Numbered from the stretch's first letter, positions 19,870 to 33,579 are shown. The stretch is DNA of 64,000 bases from Acholeplasmataceae bacterium (GCA_963675245.1 OY775910.1:1536001-1600000); one strand, 5' to 3'. The notes: generated by a model from the letters alone, not told the origin. Numbers and translations: made by a program.

Positions 19870-19912
19870 AATAGCACCTCCTCTAGTCTATACTAGGGTA
19901 GTGCTATACCTT

Positions 19913-21146
19913 TTACTTGTAGTGATTTAATATATAACCGACAAAATGCAATGATCCAGTGATGATAATGACCTCATCACGTGTTTTTTGGTGAATGATG
20001 TTTTTTAAATAAGACAACACATCATCTTCAACATATTGTCGTCGATCAGTTTGAAAAGATTCTAGTGATACAAATCTCGGATCAGGAAATGAGACTAAGT
20101 CGAGTTGGTCACTAAAACTTTCTAGTTGAACTAACATCTTTTCAATATCCTTGTCTCCTAAAGCTGAGAAAACAATATGTACTTTATGATTGTGATAAGC
20201 TTTCTTAATTGTTTTCTTTAAAGCATCTATTGCGTGAGAATTGTGAGCTCCATCAACGATAACTAAAGGCTCAATCTCTGTAAATCTCGCAGGAATGTAA
20301 GCCTGCATCAGACCCTTTTTTATGGTATTCGTGTCAACACTAAATGGTGTTTGTTTAATTGCCTCTATCGCAAGTATGGCATTGTCAACTTGATAATCAC
20401 CATTCAGTCCTGGTTGATATCTATTACCCTTATACTCAAAGATAAGCGGTACTTCAGAAAGAATATTTACATCTCGATCTAAAAACGTCACTTCTGCGTG
20501 ATGTTTCTTCGCATAATCACTAAAAAATGGTCTTAATGTTTTATCAACAGTGGTAAGTAACTTTCCGTGCGATTTCAAAATGCCAAGCTTATTAAAAGCG
20601 ATTGATTCAAGTGTATTGCCAAGTTGTGTCATGTGATCAAATCCAATATTCGTAATTAACGATAAATCATAATGACCATATGCGTTAGTCGCATCAAGCA
20701 ATCCCCCGATACCTACTTCCATAATGACAACATCAAGATTCTGTGATTGAAAAATCATTAATGCAGCAAGTGTTAATAACTCAAAAAACGATAAACGTTC
20801 CTTATAGGTTTGTTCGAAGTCATTATTAAATGACTTGATATCTCTTAATAACATCATCAATACACGATCAGATAAAGGTTGGTCATTAATGGTAATTCGT
20901 TCATTAAAATTCAGGATATACGGAGATGTAAATGTGCCTACGTTTAATCCTTTAGCCATCAATATTTGTGTTAAATACTGACAAACAGACCCTTTACCAT
21001 TTGTCCCAGCTACATGAATCATATACGTTTCATTTAAATGTATCCCCTTCATCTCTAATGCTTGTTTCATACGCTTTAGATCTGTTTTAGGTCTAAACCT
21101 GGGTTGAGACTCAACCCACTGAATCAAAGCCTTTAAATCGGCATTC

Positions 21147-21160
<14 letters not shown>
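19913..21160 (-). CDS. folC: Folylpolyglutamate synthase/dihydrofolate synthase
   Basis: Motifs HVAGTNGKGS, FTSPY, EVGIGGLLDATN, DGAHN and GSLH. Confidence 0.95.
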
Positions 21161-23723
<2,563 letters not shown>

Positions 23724-23724
23724 T

Positions 23725-24261
23725 TTATTCATTCTCCTTAAAAAACATTTTTTTTGTGATCACATACATTTTTACATTAATCTTAGTACCATCAAAGTGA
23801 TCTCTTTTTTCATCATGCGAATAAACAAATCCACATTTATCAATCACGCGTTTAGACTGTAAATTATCTTCCGCATGACCACAAACAATTTCTTTCATCT
23901 CTGCTTCATTAAAGGCATAATCAAGTACTGCTTTAACAGCTTCAGGCGTATATGCCTTACCCCAATATGTATCATCAAGCACATAACCAATTTCACGTCT
24001 GTCTTCAATTGCATTAATGAAATTTCTAACATGTAAACCAATCGTACCAACGATGACATCTTTAGGTTTAATGGTAATAGCCCAGACTTCACCTTCAGTC
24101 ACAAGCAATTTCAATATTTTAATCGTATCCTCAATGGTTTGATGAGGAGCCCAACCAGCCATTGGGCCAATCGTTGGTTTTTTAGCATATTTAAAAAGAT
24201 CTTCTGCGTCTTCTAATCTTAAACTTCTCAGAATTAATCTTCTTGTTTCTAGTGTTTGCAT
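23725..24261 (-). CDS. GNAT N-acetyltransferase (RimJ/RimL family)
   Basis: LETRRLILR, EIGYVL...WGKAY..EA and N..S.RV..KCGF motifs. Confidence 0.9.
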   Translation of the reverse strand: MQTLETRRLILRSLRLEDAEDLFKYAKKPTIGPMAGWAPHQTIEDTIKILKLLVTEGEVWAITIKPKDVIVGTIGLHVRNFINAIEDRREIGYVLDDTYWGKAYTPEAVKAVLDYAFNEAEMKEIVCGHAEDNLQSKRVIDKCGFVYSHDEKRDHFDGTKINVKMYVITKKMFFKENE

Positions 24262-24275
24262 ATAAACCTCTTTTC

Positions 24276-24500
24276 AAAAAAAACGCCCTTAGAAAAATCT
24301 AAGGACGAATAATCGCGGTACCACCTTAGTTCTAGAATTGCTTCTAGCCCTCAAAATCTGTAACGTAGATAGACGCTGATAACTACTTATTTCACTATCA
24401 GAACTCCTTGGTGACGTTCATGACTGCAAGGACGATATTTCCACCAACAATCGCTCTCTTTAACGCTTAACGAGTCATTACTCTTCCAAATCATTGCTTT
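24276..24500 (-). ncRNA. T-box riboswitch with Val (GUC) specifier
   Basis: T-box AAGGUGGUACCGCG at 24327-24314; AGUA, AGAGA and GGUGG features in stem I; specifier loop GAAC-GUC-A at 24415-24413; terminator with a U run at about 24307-24276; promoter TTTACT-17-TATAAT upstream. Confidence 0.93.
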
Positions 24501-24543
24501 GACATTATTATACTATAGGTCATCCATTTAGTAAAGCGAATAA

Positions 24544-25689
24544 TTAACCTAATTCTAATATCGGTATTTGTTCAAGAATGATATCAATTTGAATCGCAAA
24601 ATGCAATCCTTCAATACCTTCTGTCGTATTATCTACAACTTCATTGACATAACTTAAGAAATTAATACCGACAAGTTCGCCATAAATGTTAACGAGTGCT
24701 CCACCACTATTACCAGGGCTAATCGCAGCATCATGTTGAATTGATACCGTATTCGTATTACTCGTATCATCAGTATAAACCATCGGCCTGTTAATCGCTG
24801 AAATAATACCCATTGTTGCTGTATTTGGTAAATCCAGTGGTGAGCCAATTGCGAATACAAACTGTCCAACTGCTAAATCATTAATGTTTCCTAATGTAAT
24901 GACATCAAAACTTCTATCAGATGTGAATTTTAAAATGGCTAAATCATGAGTAATACTTGTCCCCAGCATTTGTGTTCTATTTCTAGCAATTTCAATCGTC
25001 CCTGAACCATCAAAAACAGTTATTGTAAAATCTCCTGTATCATAACCATCAACGACATGATGGTTTGTTAACACATAATAATCATCACCTTCATGCTTAT
25101 AAATGACGCCTGATCCACCTGATCCACTGCTGAATATACCTGATTGTGCTTCAATCATGACAACAGATTGTCTGACTTGATCTAACATATCAACGATTTG
25201 ATCTTGTAGAAGAGCGACAATGTCTAGTGATTCGATGACTATTTCTAGTAGTGATTGTTCATCAATATAATTACCACTCATAATAATATCTGTAACAATA
25301 TTGGTAACTGTTTCTTGATCAGCAATCGTTAGATTATCAGCATCAAGTATATCATTAATCATGTTTCTTATATTTTCAACCGAGTAGATTTCATTTTCAT
25401 CTAGCCATTTAGCATATAGTGTAATATCGTCATTAAAGCCAACCGAGAAGTTTGCTTCATAAAAATAATCCGAATCTAAATACCATCCATCAAAAATAAA
25501 ACCTTCTTTAGTAGGAATTTCATTTGGTACGAACATTGTTTTTCTTTGTACAATCATATCATCTATGTCACTACCACCAACTTCTTCGAACGACACGGTG
25601 ATTTCAATGATTAAAAAATCATCTGCAACACAGCCAGAAAAAACAAATAATGACATAACCAACAAAAATATGAAGTATATTCTTTTCAA
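24544..25689 (-). CDS. HtrA/S1C-like serine protease lipoprotein with an InlB B-repeat-like domain and no PDZ domain
   Basis: Lipobox FSGC; PTKEGFIFDGWY...TLYAKW repeat domain; catalytic TNHHV, DLA and GNSGG. Confidence 0.85.
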   Translation of the reverse strand: MKRIYFIFLLVMSLFVFSGCVADDFLIIEITVSFEEVGGSDIDDMIVQRKTMFVPNEIPTKEGFIFDGWYLDSDYFYEANFSVGFNDDITLYAKWLDENEIYSVENIRNMINDILDADNLTIADQETVTNIVTDIIMSGNYIDEQSLLEIVIESLDIVALLQDQIVDMLDQVRQSVVMIEAQSGIFSSGSGGSGVIYKHEGDDYYVLTNHHVVDGYDTGDFTITVFDGSGTIEIARNRTQMLGTSITHDLAILKFTSDRSFDVITLGNINDLAVGQFVFAIGSPLDLPNTATMGIISAINRPMVYTDDTSNTNTVSIQHDAAISPGNSGGALVNIYGELVGINFLSYVNEVVDNTTEGIEGLHFAIQIDIILEQIPILELG

Positions 25690-25693
25690 TATT

Positions 25694-26551
25694 TTAACTC
25701 CTTACTATATATAAAATACCAATTGTACCTGGTCCACAATGACTAGAAATCACACAACCAGCATAATTTTCCATTAAATGTTTAGGTGACACCTTGGATT
25801 TTATTTGATCTATCATATAGAGTGCTTGTTTATCTGCTAGACTGTGTGTAATCATAACATAGTCTAAGTCAAGATTTTTTAATTGTGCTTCATTGAAAAA
25901 ATCTTTTAACATAATATCAAGTGCCCTTGTCATTTTACCAACAGGTTTTTTATAAACTTCAAGCTTTCCCCTTCTTACCTGGATGATAGGTTTAATACCA
26001 AGAATACCACCAATTAATTTGGCCGTGCCAGAAGCACGTCCCCCTTTGTGTAGATAGTCTAACGTCTTAATAGCAAACTGTGATCTTACTCTTGGTACGA
26101 GTCGTTCTAACTGAATTTTTATGTCTTTGGCTGATAAACCTTGATCTCTTAAATCACAAGCCTTTAAAACTAGTAAACCAATACCAGATGAAAGATTTCT
26201 TGAGTCAATAAGATATATATCATCTGACTCAAGAGAACTTTTGGCAATCATTGCAGATTGAAAAGTACCAGAAATATCTCCACCAATACCTGTATATAAA
26301 ATCTCATATCCTTCAGCTAAATACTGCTCAAAAAAAGCTAGAAATTGACCAGGTGAAATGGCTGCAGTTTTCGGTATTTCCTTTTTTTCATTAACGATAT
26401 CATACAATTCTTTTGTGGTTAAATCGATACCGTCACGATAACTATCTTCACCAAATTGAACAAGCAATGGTAAAGAATGAATCATTCTCTCTTCCCTTAT
26501 CTCACTACTAAGGTCAGCTGTTGAATCCGTTAAAATTAATACACGTTTCAT
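25694..26551 (-). CDS. DegV family fatty-acid-binding protein (FakB-like)
   Basis: Motifs TDSTADL, PKTAA, SGT, YLHKGGR, IKPII and H.GPG. Confidence 0.93.
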   Translation of the reverse strand: MKRVLILTDSTADLSSEIREERMIHSLPLLVQFGEDSYRDGIDLTTKELYDIVNEKKEIPKTAAISPGQFLAFFEQYLAEGYEILYTGIGGDISGTFQSAMIAKSSLESDDIYLIDSRNLSSGIGLLVLKACDLRDQGLSAKDIKIQLERLVPRVRSQFAIKTLDYLHKGGRASGTAKLIGGILGIKPIIQVRRGKLEVYKKPVGKMTRALDIMLKDFFNEAQLKNLDLDYVMITHSLADKQALYMIDQIKSKVSPKHLMENYAGCVISSHCGPGTIGILYIVRS

Positions 26552-27132
26552 TCATGCATCTTCCCCTCTTCAAGAATTTCATCAAATAGTGCCATCGCAC
26601 CAATTTGATTAATGCGTTTGGTATTACTTATAGCAATCACAGGTATACCTAACTTTTTATGAATGATGTCGTGTTGTTTTTTACGTTTTGTTTTAGGGAT
26701 TTGATCGACTTTTGTCGCGATCACGCCAACAGGCAAACCTGATTGTTTTACATTATTAATCCATTCAATATCTAGACTAGTTGGTCCAACTTTAAAATCA
26801 ATTAACACGATAATACCCTTAAGGGGTTCAGATTCATTGATAAAATTCACAATCATTCTCATAAAGTTTTCGCTCATTGTTCTGGATCGTTTAGCATATC
26901 CATAACCCGGTGCATCTACTAAATTAAATCGTTCATCAATCTGATAAAAATTAAGAAGCAAAGTTTTTCCTGGTGTACCAGAAGTCCTTGCCAAATTTTT
27001 TCTATTTGTCAATCCATTGATAAAAGAGCTTTTACCAACATTTGATCGCCCCATAACGAGAACTTGTGGGAGGGAATCAGGTGCATCTACTACATTTTCG
27101 ATACTTTTAATATACTCAGCTTTGTCAAACAT
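26548..27132 (-). CDS. engB: Ribosome biogenesis GTPase YihA/YsxC
   Basis: Motifs GRSNVGKSS, TPGKT, DAPGYGY and TKVD; lies downstream of lon. Confidence 0.93.
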   Translation of the reverse strand: MFDKAEYIKSIENVVDAPDSLPQVLVMGRSNVGKSSFINGLTNRKNLARTSGTPGKTLLLNFYQIDERFNLVDAPGYGYAKRSRTMSENFMRMIVNFINESEPLKGIIVLIDFKVGPTSLDIEWINNVKQSGLPVGVIATKVDQIPKTKRKKQHDIIHKKLGIPVIAISNTKRINQIGAMALFDEILEEGKMHE

Positions 27133-27165
27133 AAAACCCTCCTTTATCTATAATTAGATTATAAC

Positions 27166-27192
27166 AAAAAGTAGCCCAAAGGACTACTTTTT
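27166..27192 (-). terminator. Terminator after lon
   Basis: AAAAAGTAG...CTACTTTTT inverted repeat. Confidence 0.7.
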
Positions 27193-27200
27193 AATTCAAC

Positions 27201-29510
27201 TTACTTCAATGCATATTGAAATACTTGTTGGACATTTTCAACTGTAATGATTTTTAATGCATCTCTTACTTCTTCTGGAATATCTTCAATATCCTTTTCA
27301 TTTTCTTTAGGAATCAGGATTGTTTTTAGTCCAGAACGATGTGCAGCAATTGATTTTTCTTTTAATCCACCAATAGGAAGTACATATCCTCTTAATGTGA
27401 TTTCACCAGTCATCCCAATTTCTTTATTGACAAAACGGTGAGTAGCTGCTGAGATAATCGCTGTAGCCATTGTAATACCGGCAGATGGACCATCTTTAGG
27501 TACAGCACCTTCAGGTACATGCACATGGAAATCATTATTGTTAAAGATATCCGGATCAATACCGAATGCATCGGCATTCGCTTTAACGAATGATAACGCT
27601 GTTTGCGCTGATTCTTTCATCACATCGCCTAATTTACCTGTTAAAACGAGATTACCTTTACCTTTATAATAGGTCACTTCAACTGGCAATGTATCTCCGC
27701 CAAACGCTGTATAGGCTAAACCTGTAGCAACTCCAATTTGTTCTTTTTCATCAGCTAAGTTATGTGTAAATCTTGGTTTACCTATATAGGCAATAAGATT
27801 ATCCATCGTGATTTCAATTGTATCAATTTTCTTCATCAGAATATCTTTTATACCTTTTCTGATTAAAGCACCAATAAAGCGGTTTAATTCACGTACACCT
27901 GCTTCTCTTGTATAGTGCTGGATGATGTAGTAAATCGCGTCATCTGTGATTGAAAATTGATCGTCTTTAAGACCGTGCGCCTTCAATTGTTTTTTAATTA
28001 AGTGAAGTCTAGCAATCTTAAATTTTTCTTGTTCTGTATAACTAGATAGCTCGACAATTTCCATACGATCTCTTAATGGTGCTGGTACATTTTCTAAATA
28101 GTTCGCTGTTGTGATAAAGAGAACTTGTGATAAATCATATGGTTCTTCTAGATAGTGGTCAGAAAATTTAGCGTTTTGTTCTGGATCTAACACCTCAAGC
28201 ATTGCAGATGCTGGATCACCTTTATAATCAGATGACATTTTATCAATTTCATCTAATAGGAAGACTGGATTAACAGTTTTAGCATCTTTCATACCTTTAA
28301 TAATTCGACCAGGCATTGCTCCAATGTATGTTCTTCTATGACCTCTAATTTCAGATTCATCTCTAACGCCACCAAGTGACTGTTTGACGAACTTACGGTT
28401 TAATGCTTCTGCTATTGAAATTGCTAATGACGTTTTACCAACCCCTGGAGGCCCTGCCAAACATAAAATCGTTTGTGGATTTCTTCTTGTCATTATTTTA
28501 ACTGCGAGATATTCAATAATACGTTCTTTTACCTTATCTAGACCATAATGGTTTTGATCAAGTTTCGTTTGAACTTTATTTAAGTCATAATTATCTCTAG
28601 AAGCCTTTTTCCAAGGTAGGTCAATCAATAAATCCAAGTAACTTCTGATGATAGAAGATTCTGCCATCATCGAAGGTGTGGATTGATATCTTGCTAATTC
28701 ATTAAGTGCTTTTTCTTCAATCGCTTTAGGCATTTTAGCTTTTAATATTTTATCTCTTAGCTCATCGATTTCGTTTTCTTTTTTCGCTTTATCGCCTAAT
28801 TCGTTTTGAATCGCACGCATTTTTTCGCGCAAATAGTATTCCTTTTGATTTTCATCAATTGACTGCTTAATTTCATCATTAATTTTTTGTTCAAGATCTA
28901 AAATCATTTTAAGTTTATTAATATCTTCTAATAGCATTTTTAAACGTTTGTTTAAGTTTACCTCAACAAGATATTTAAACTTATCATTTTCATCAATTTT
29001 AAGACTATTCGCAATCAAATCTGCTACCTTTTCAGAAGGTAAGCCTTGTTTGATTTTATCTAGTGGATTACTGTTTGGAAGAAGGATTGATGACGAGTTA
29101 TTAACCACTTCTTCAACGACCATTTTAACAAGTGTCGCTTCTTCTTCAACATTACCCATTTCTGTTTCTAATTCTTCATATTCAACAACAAAGTATGGTT
29201 CAGTAACAAAGTAATCTTTAACCTTTACACGATTAATGATTTGTAACTTTGATTTATATGAGCCATTTGGCATTTTTATTTTCATATGAACCTTGACTAG
29301 TACACCAAATTCTTCAATATCTTCAGCTGTTGGTTTCTCAATCATAGGATTTCTTTGAATAATAACGATGGCATATGAACCGAAATTTCTTTCAGCTTCT
29401 TCTAATGCTTTTAAACTGATCTTACGACCAATTTCAATACGTATATCGTTATTTGGGATTGGCGTGACGCCGCGGACGACGATTGCCGGTAAACTTTTTG
29501 CTAGTTCCAT
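27201..29510 (-). CDS. lon: ATP-dependent protease La
   Basis: Motifs [24 protein letters not shown] (catalytic Ser) and IGGLKEK (catalytic Lys). Confidence 0.98.
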   Translation of the reverse strand: MELAKSLPAIVVRGVTPIPNNDIRIEIGRKISLKALEEAERNFGSYAIVIIQRNPMIEKPTAEDIEEFGVLVKVHMKIKMPNGSYKSKLQIINRVKVKDYFVTEPYFVVEYEELETEMGNVEEEATLVKMVVEEVVNNSSSILLPNSNPLDKIKQGLPSEKVADLIANSLKIDENDKFKYLVEVNLNKRLKMLLEDINKLKMILDLEQKINDEIKQSIDENQKEYYLREKMRAIQNELGDKAKKENEIDELRDKILKAKMPKAIEEKALNELARYQSTPSMMAESSIIRSYLDLLIDLPWKKASRDNYDLNKVQTKLDQNHYGLDKVKERIIEYLAVKIMTRRNPQTILCLAGPPGVGKTSLAISIAEALNRKFVKQSLGGVRDESEIRGHRRTYIGAMPGRIIKGMKDAKTVNPVFLLDEIDKMSSDYKGDPASAMLEVLDPEQNAKFSDHYLEEPYDLSQVLFITTANYLENVPAPLRDRMEIVELSSYTEQEKFKIARLHLIKKQLKAHGLKDDQFSITDDAIYYIIQHYTREAGVRELNRFIGALIRKGIKDILMKKIDTIEITMDNLIAYIGKPRFTHNLADEKEQIGVATGLAYTAFGGDTLPVEVTYYKGKGNLVLTGKLGDVMKESAQTALSFVKANADAFGIDPDIFNNNDFHVHVPEGAVPKDGPSAGITMATAIISAATHRFVNKEIGMTGEITLRGYVLPIGGLKEKSIAAHRSGLKTILIPKENEKDIEDIPEEVRDALKIITVENVQQVFQYALK

Positions 29511-29570
29511 CGTTTATCACCTCTTGATGAGCATAATTATACGAGAACAGTATAGCACGGTTTAATGAAA

Positions 29571-29597
29571 TTTGCAATCATAAAGCATGAGTGCCAA
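29571..29597 (-). promoter_or_regulatory. CIRCE element (HrcA operator) overlapping the lon promoter
   Basis: Minus strand TTGGCACTC-N9-GATTGCAAA versus consensus TTAGCACTC-N9-GAGTGCTAA (3 mismatches); overlaps -35 TTGCAA, with TGcTATACT -10 downstream. Confidence 0.85.
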
Positions 29598-29605
29598 TTT
29601 GATTA

Positions 29606-30886
29606 TTATACGCGCTTAGCAGCGTCCTTAACAAGGGTATAAGCTTTGTCAACTACGATATCTTTTTCAATTAAAAACGCAGGTAAATACTGTGTAACTT
29701 GTTCTGGTTTTAGATTGTACTGCTTCGCAAATTCATCTATCTTATTATTTAATTCTTCAGGTGTAGCTTTAAGATCTTCAGCTTTAGCTACTGCTTCTAA
29801 TACAAGTGTTAATTTAACACGTTTTTCAGATTCAATCTTTGCTTGAGTTTCAAAAATTTCTTGTGTAAAACCATACATTTGTAACATCATTTCATAATCC
29901 ATATTGTATTGTTGTGCTTGACGTTTAAAGTGTTCTACTTGTTGGTTGAATTCTTCTTTAATCATTGATTCAGGTACTTCAAATGACGCATTATCAACAA
30001 CTTTTGAGAATAGTTGATCAGTAAATGCTTGATCAGCTTTTTGTTCTTTTTGAGTAAGTGTCTCATTCTTGATAGACTCTTTTAGAGCATCTACTGTTTC
30101 AACACCTTCACGGTTAAGACCCTTAACCCATTCATCATTTAATTCAGCCTTTTTAGCGACTTTCACTTCATGAACAGTGACTTTAAAAACGGCGTCTTTG
30201 CCAGCTAAATCTGCTGATTGATATTGTTCTGGGAAAGTTACATTAACATCTTTTGAATCGCCAGCTTTCATACCAATCATTTGATCTTCAAAACCTGGAA
30301 TAAATTGACCTGAACCAATTTGAAGTTGATAGTTTTCTGCTTTACCACCTTCGAAAGCAACTTCATTAACAAAACCTTCAAAATCAAAAATGGCAGTATC
30401 CATTGCTGCAATAGGTCCTTCTTTAACTTCTAACTCAGCATTTTTCGATAATAATTCATTAACTGCTTGATTGACTTCTTCATCTGTCACTTCAGCAGCT
30501 TCTACTTTAACTTCGATACCTTTGTAATCTCCTAGTTTAACTTCCGGTTTAACATCTGATTCAATAATGACATCAAAACTCTCAGTAGTTGAGATTTTTT
30601 CTGCATCATAGTCAACACTAGGTTGACCAACTAATTCAAAATCAGGGTGGTTTTGTGCGTCATGATACTTATGATGAACGACATGTTCTAGTGCATCTGG
30701 ATAAAGCGATTCAATACCAAATTTTGATTCATAAACATTTCTAGGTACATGTCCTTTTCTAAAACCTTTAATTTCTACTTCGCCTTTTTTATGTTCAAAC
30801 GCATGGCCTAAACCATGTTCAAACTCTTCTGGTGTCACTGTAAATGTGAATTTCACACGATTTGTTGCAATTTTTTCTGTTTTCAT
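29606..30886 (-). CDS. tig: Trigger factor
   Basis: GFRKGHVP ribosome-binding motif; FKBP domain (FIPGFEDQ, FPEQY); start MKTEK follows GGAGG. Confidence 0.96.
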   Translation of the reverse strand: MKTEKIATNRVKFTFTVTPEEFEHGLGHAFEHKKGEVEIKGFRKGHVPRNVYESKFGIESLYPDALEHVVHHKYHDAQNHPDFELVGQPSVDYDAEKISTTESFDVIIESDVKPEVKLGDYKGIEVKVEAAEVTDEEVNQAVNELLSKNAELEVKEGPIAAMDTAIFDFEGFVNEVAFEGGKAENYQLQIGSGQFIPGFEDQMIGMKAGDSKDVNVTFPEQYQSADLAGKDAVFKVTVHEVKVAKKAELNDEWVKGLNREGVETVDALKESIKNETLTQKEQKADQAFTDQLFSKVVDNASFEVPESMIKEEFNQQVEHFKRQAQQYNMDYEMMLQMYGFTQEIFETQAKIESEKRVKLTLVLEAVAKAEDLKATPEELNNKIDEFAKQYNLKPEQVTQYLPAFLIEKDIVVDKAYTLVKDAAKRV

Positions 30887-31015
30887 TTTTTTATTCCTCC
30901 TTGAGTCTTTTCGCTTTTCTATTATAGCATATAAATAAATATTATAAAGTGATTTAATTAAAGATTGCCATTTTTGGGGAATTAAGTTAAAATTAGGATA
31001 TTCGGAGGAATACAT

Positions 31016-32137
31016 ATGATAACAATTAAGGTAGTTAAATCCAACTTGGATGCTTGGCGATTCACTGAATTCCCTAATAAATTATACCGCGATGTAGAAC
31101 CCTTTGTACCTGCATTATCCATGGATGAAAGAAATGTCTTTAACCCTAAAAAAAATCCAGCTCATAACTATTGTGATAGTGTGCGTTACTTAGCCTATCA
31201 AGATGGCAAAATCATCGGTCGTGTCGCAGGTATTATTAATCATGATTGGAATAAAGCAAAAAATAGAAAAACTGTACGCTTTACAAGACTTGATATGATT
31301 GATGATATCAATGTTACAAAAGCTTTACTTGAAGCTGTTGAATCGTGGGGTAAATCAAACGGTATGGATGAAATTATCGGTCCTATTGGATTTACCGATT
31401 TAGACAGACAAGGTATGCTTGTTGATGGCTTTAATGAGCTGAATATGTTCATCACGATATACAATCACCCTTATTATATGAAACATATGACAACACTTGG
31501 TTACGCGAAAGATGTTGATTGGGTCGAAAAAAAAATAACTTGGCCAAATGAAGTACCTGAAAAAGTAAAAAGAGGTGCTAAAATTGCAAGAGATCGTTAT
31601 GGTTACAAATTAATTAAATGTGATCGTATTAAAGATGTTTTTCAATATATTTATAAAGCATTTGATACATACAATGAAGCATTTATGGATTTATATGGCT
31701 TTTATCCGATAACGAATAAGGTGATGGATTACTACATTGATCAAATGATTTCACTTGTCCAATTAGAGTATCTATGGTTTGTTGTTGATAAAGATGAAAA
31801 AGTAGTTGGTTTTGGATTGATTATGCCGAGTTTAGCAAGAGCTAACAAAAAAAATAATGGTAAACTTCTTCCCTTTGGCATATTTAGATTACTTCATGAT
31901 TTAAAGCATCATGATGTCATTGACTTTTATTTCATTGCTGTTGATCCAAGAAGTCAAAATCACGGTATGATGGCACTCTTTATGGAAGACGGTATTAAAG
32001 TTGGTGTCAAACATGGTGTCAAATACGCTGAAACTGGTCCTGAACTAGAAAACAACAAAGCTATTCAAAATCCGTGGAAAGATTTTGAGTATATACAACA
32101 TAAACGAAGACGTTGTTGGATAAAACCAATCGCATAA
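31016..32137 (+). CDS. YghO-like double-GNAT-fold protein
   Basis: Motifs GRVAGIIN, GMLVDGF, YNHPYY and ETGPELENN. Confidence 0.7.
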   Translation: MITIKVVKSNLDAWRFTEFPNKLYRDVEPFVPALSMDERNVFNPKKNPAHNYCDSVRYLAYQDGKIIGRVAGIINHDWNKAKNRKTVRFTRLDMIDDINVTKALLEAVESWGKSNGMDEIIGPIGFTDLDRQGMLVDGFNELNMFITIYNHPYYMKHMTTLGYAKDVDWVEKKITWPNEVPEKVKRGAKIARDRYGYKLIKCDRIKDVFQYIYKAFDTYNEAFMDLYGFYPITNKVMDYYIDQMISLVQLEYLWFVVDKDEKVVGFGLIMPSLARANKKNNGKLLPFGIFRLLHDLKHHDVIDFYFIAVDPRSQNHGMMALFMEDGIKVGVKHGVKYAETGPELENNKAIQNPWKDFEYIQHKRRRCWIKPIA

Positions 32138-32264
32138 ATAGGTTACTAATTTTAATAAAATGCTTTGAAATTCAAGACATAATTGTCCATATTTTTTAAA
32201 GCATTTTTTTTATTGTTGTATGTTATAATACTGCTATATATGCTTTTTGGGAGGAAATAACTAT

Positions 32265-33527
32265 ATGGATCATTATGAAGACCAAGGCATTAGTCTAGCT
32301 GATATCTGGGACAAATTATGGGCTAACAAATACTTAATCCTCATCATTACCTCAATCATAACACTAGTATTTGGTATTAGCTCTTATTATTTATTAAAGG
32401 GCTCACAAGTCACTGAAACAGGATTTGAATATAATTTTATGGGGGTCACTCAAAACCAATATCCAGATGGATCACTATTTGAATTTAGAAATTTGCTTAG
32501 CTATGATAAATTGCTAAGTGTTCAGTCATCTTCTGACTTGTTTGCTGATATTGATGTTGAAGCAATGTATCTAGATAATAATACAAGAATTGTTAGACAA
32601 AAAAACGTTAATTCCACTGCTTCAGATGTAGAGTACAGTAACAATCGCTATACTCTTTATATTCCAAATCAATATTTCAATTATGACTTCAATGTCGCAG
32701 AATCATTTATTATGACTCTCATTGAATCAATTATTGAAGAAGCAAGAGAAAAAAATCAAGATCTTGAAATTTTTAATTATATTGATTTAATTAATGACTC
32801 TGTTGAATATTTCGATATGGTTGATTATTTTAGTAGCCAATATCATTTAGTTATTGATAGTATAAGTAATTTTATTTCAATTTATGGTGACGTAACTTTT
32901 CAAGGTACAAATATCACCAATATGAAAGAACTCTTGCAGTTTGAATATGCTAACGGATACTCATTCTCTGATTTGCAGACAATTATTAGAACGAATCTAT
33001 ATTATAGAAATAGTACATTATATCTTAATCGTTTGAATGTTAAAATCGATGCCTTACAAGAAACAGTTGAACTCAATTCATTACGCATTGCAGAGTTAGA
33101 GGCGACTTACAATAACTTAGTTACAACGTCTAATCTACAACAAGCCAATCAAATCTTAATCGATATAGTCACATATAGAATTGCAAATGTTGATGCTAAC
33201 TATCAAATTAGTCTATATCAAGAAGTAATCGATCAAGCACTTGCTTCTGGTATGACATCTAACACGAGCCCAGAGTTTGAGTTATCAATCAATAATATGC
33301 AACAATTAATTGATGATTATACTGATCAATATAATAATTTCTATTTATCATATATTAATCAAGATACACGTGTGGTTTATGATCTCGGATCAGTATTGAC
33401 GATCAACGGTGGTTACTCTATCATCGTTACAGGAGTTGTTTCTGGCATCTTAGGATTATTTATATCACTTGTCGTTGTCTTTATTAAAGAATCTGAAACT
33501 AATAAAAAAGCACTTAAAGAAAACTAA
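32265..33527 (+). CDS. Wzz-like polysaccharide co-polymerase / chain-length determinant
   Basis: ISLADIWDKLW followed by an N-terminal TM helix, a coiled-coil extracellular region and a C-terminal TM helix. Confidence 0.6.
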   Translation: MDHYEDQGISLADIWDKLWANKYLILIITSIITLVFGISSYYLLKGSQVTETGFEYNFMGVTQNQYPDGSLFEFRNLLSYDKLLSVQSSSDLFADIDVEAMYLDNNTRIVRQKNVNSTASDVEYSNNRYTLYIPNQYFNYDFNVAESFIMTLIESIIEEAREKNQDLEIFNYIDLINDSVEYFDMVDYFSSQYHLVIDSISNFISIYGDVTFQGTNITNMKELLQFEYANGYSFSDLQTIIRTNLYYRNSTLYLNRLNVKIDALQETVELNSLRIAELEATYNNLVTTSNLQQANQILIDIVTYRIANVDANYQISLYQEVIDQALASGMTSNTSPEFELSINNMQQLIDDYTDQYNNFYLSYINQDTRVVYDLGSVLTINGGYSIIVTGVVSGILGLFISLVVVFIKESETNKKALKEN

Positions 33528-33538
33528 GTGCTTTTTCT
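33506..33538 (+). terminator. Terminator
   Basis: AAAAAGCACTTA...TAAGTGCTTTTT. Confidence 0.7.
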
Positions 33539-33579
33539 TTATGGTAAAATAAAGTCTATACAACATATAGGAGCAACTT

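Noticed and set aside
30887..31015. N-terminal extension of tig in the ORF track (start 31015)
   Set aside because: The true start is MKTEK at 30886 after GGAGG; the extension covers the divergent promoter region.
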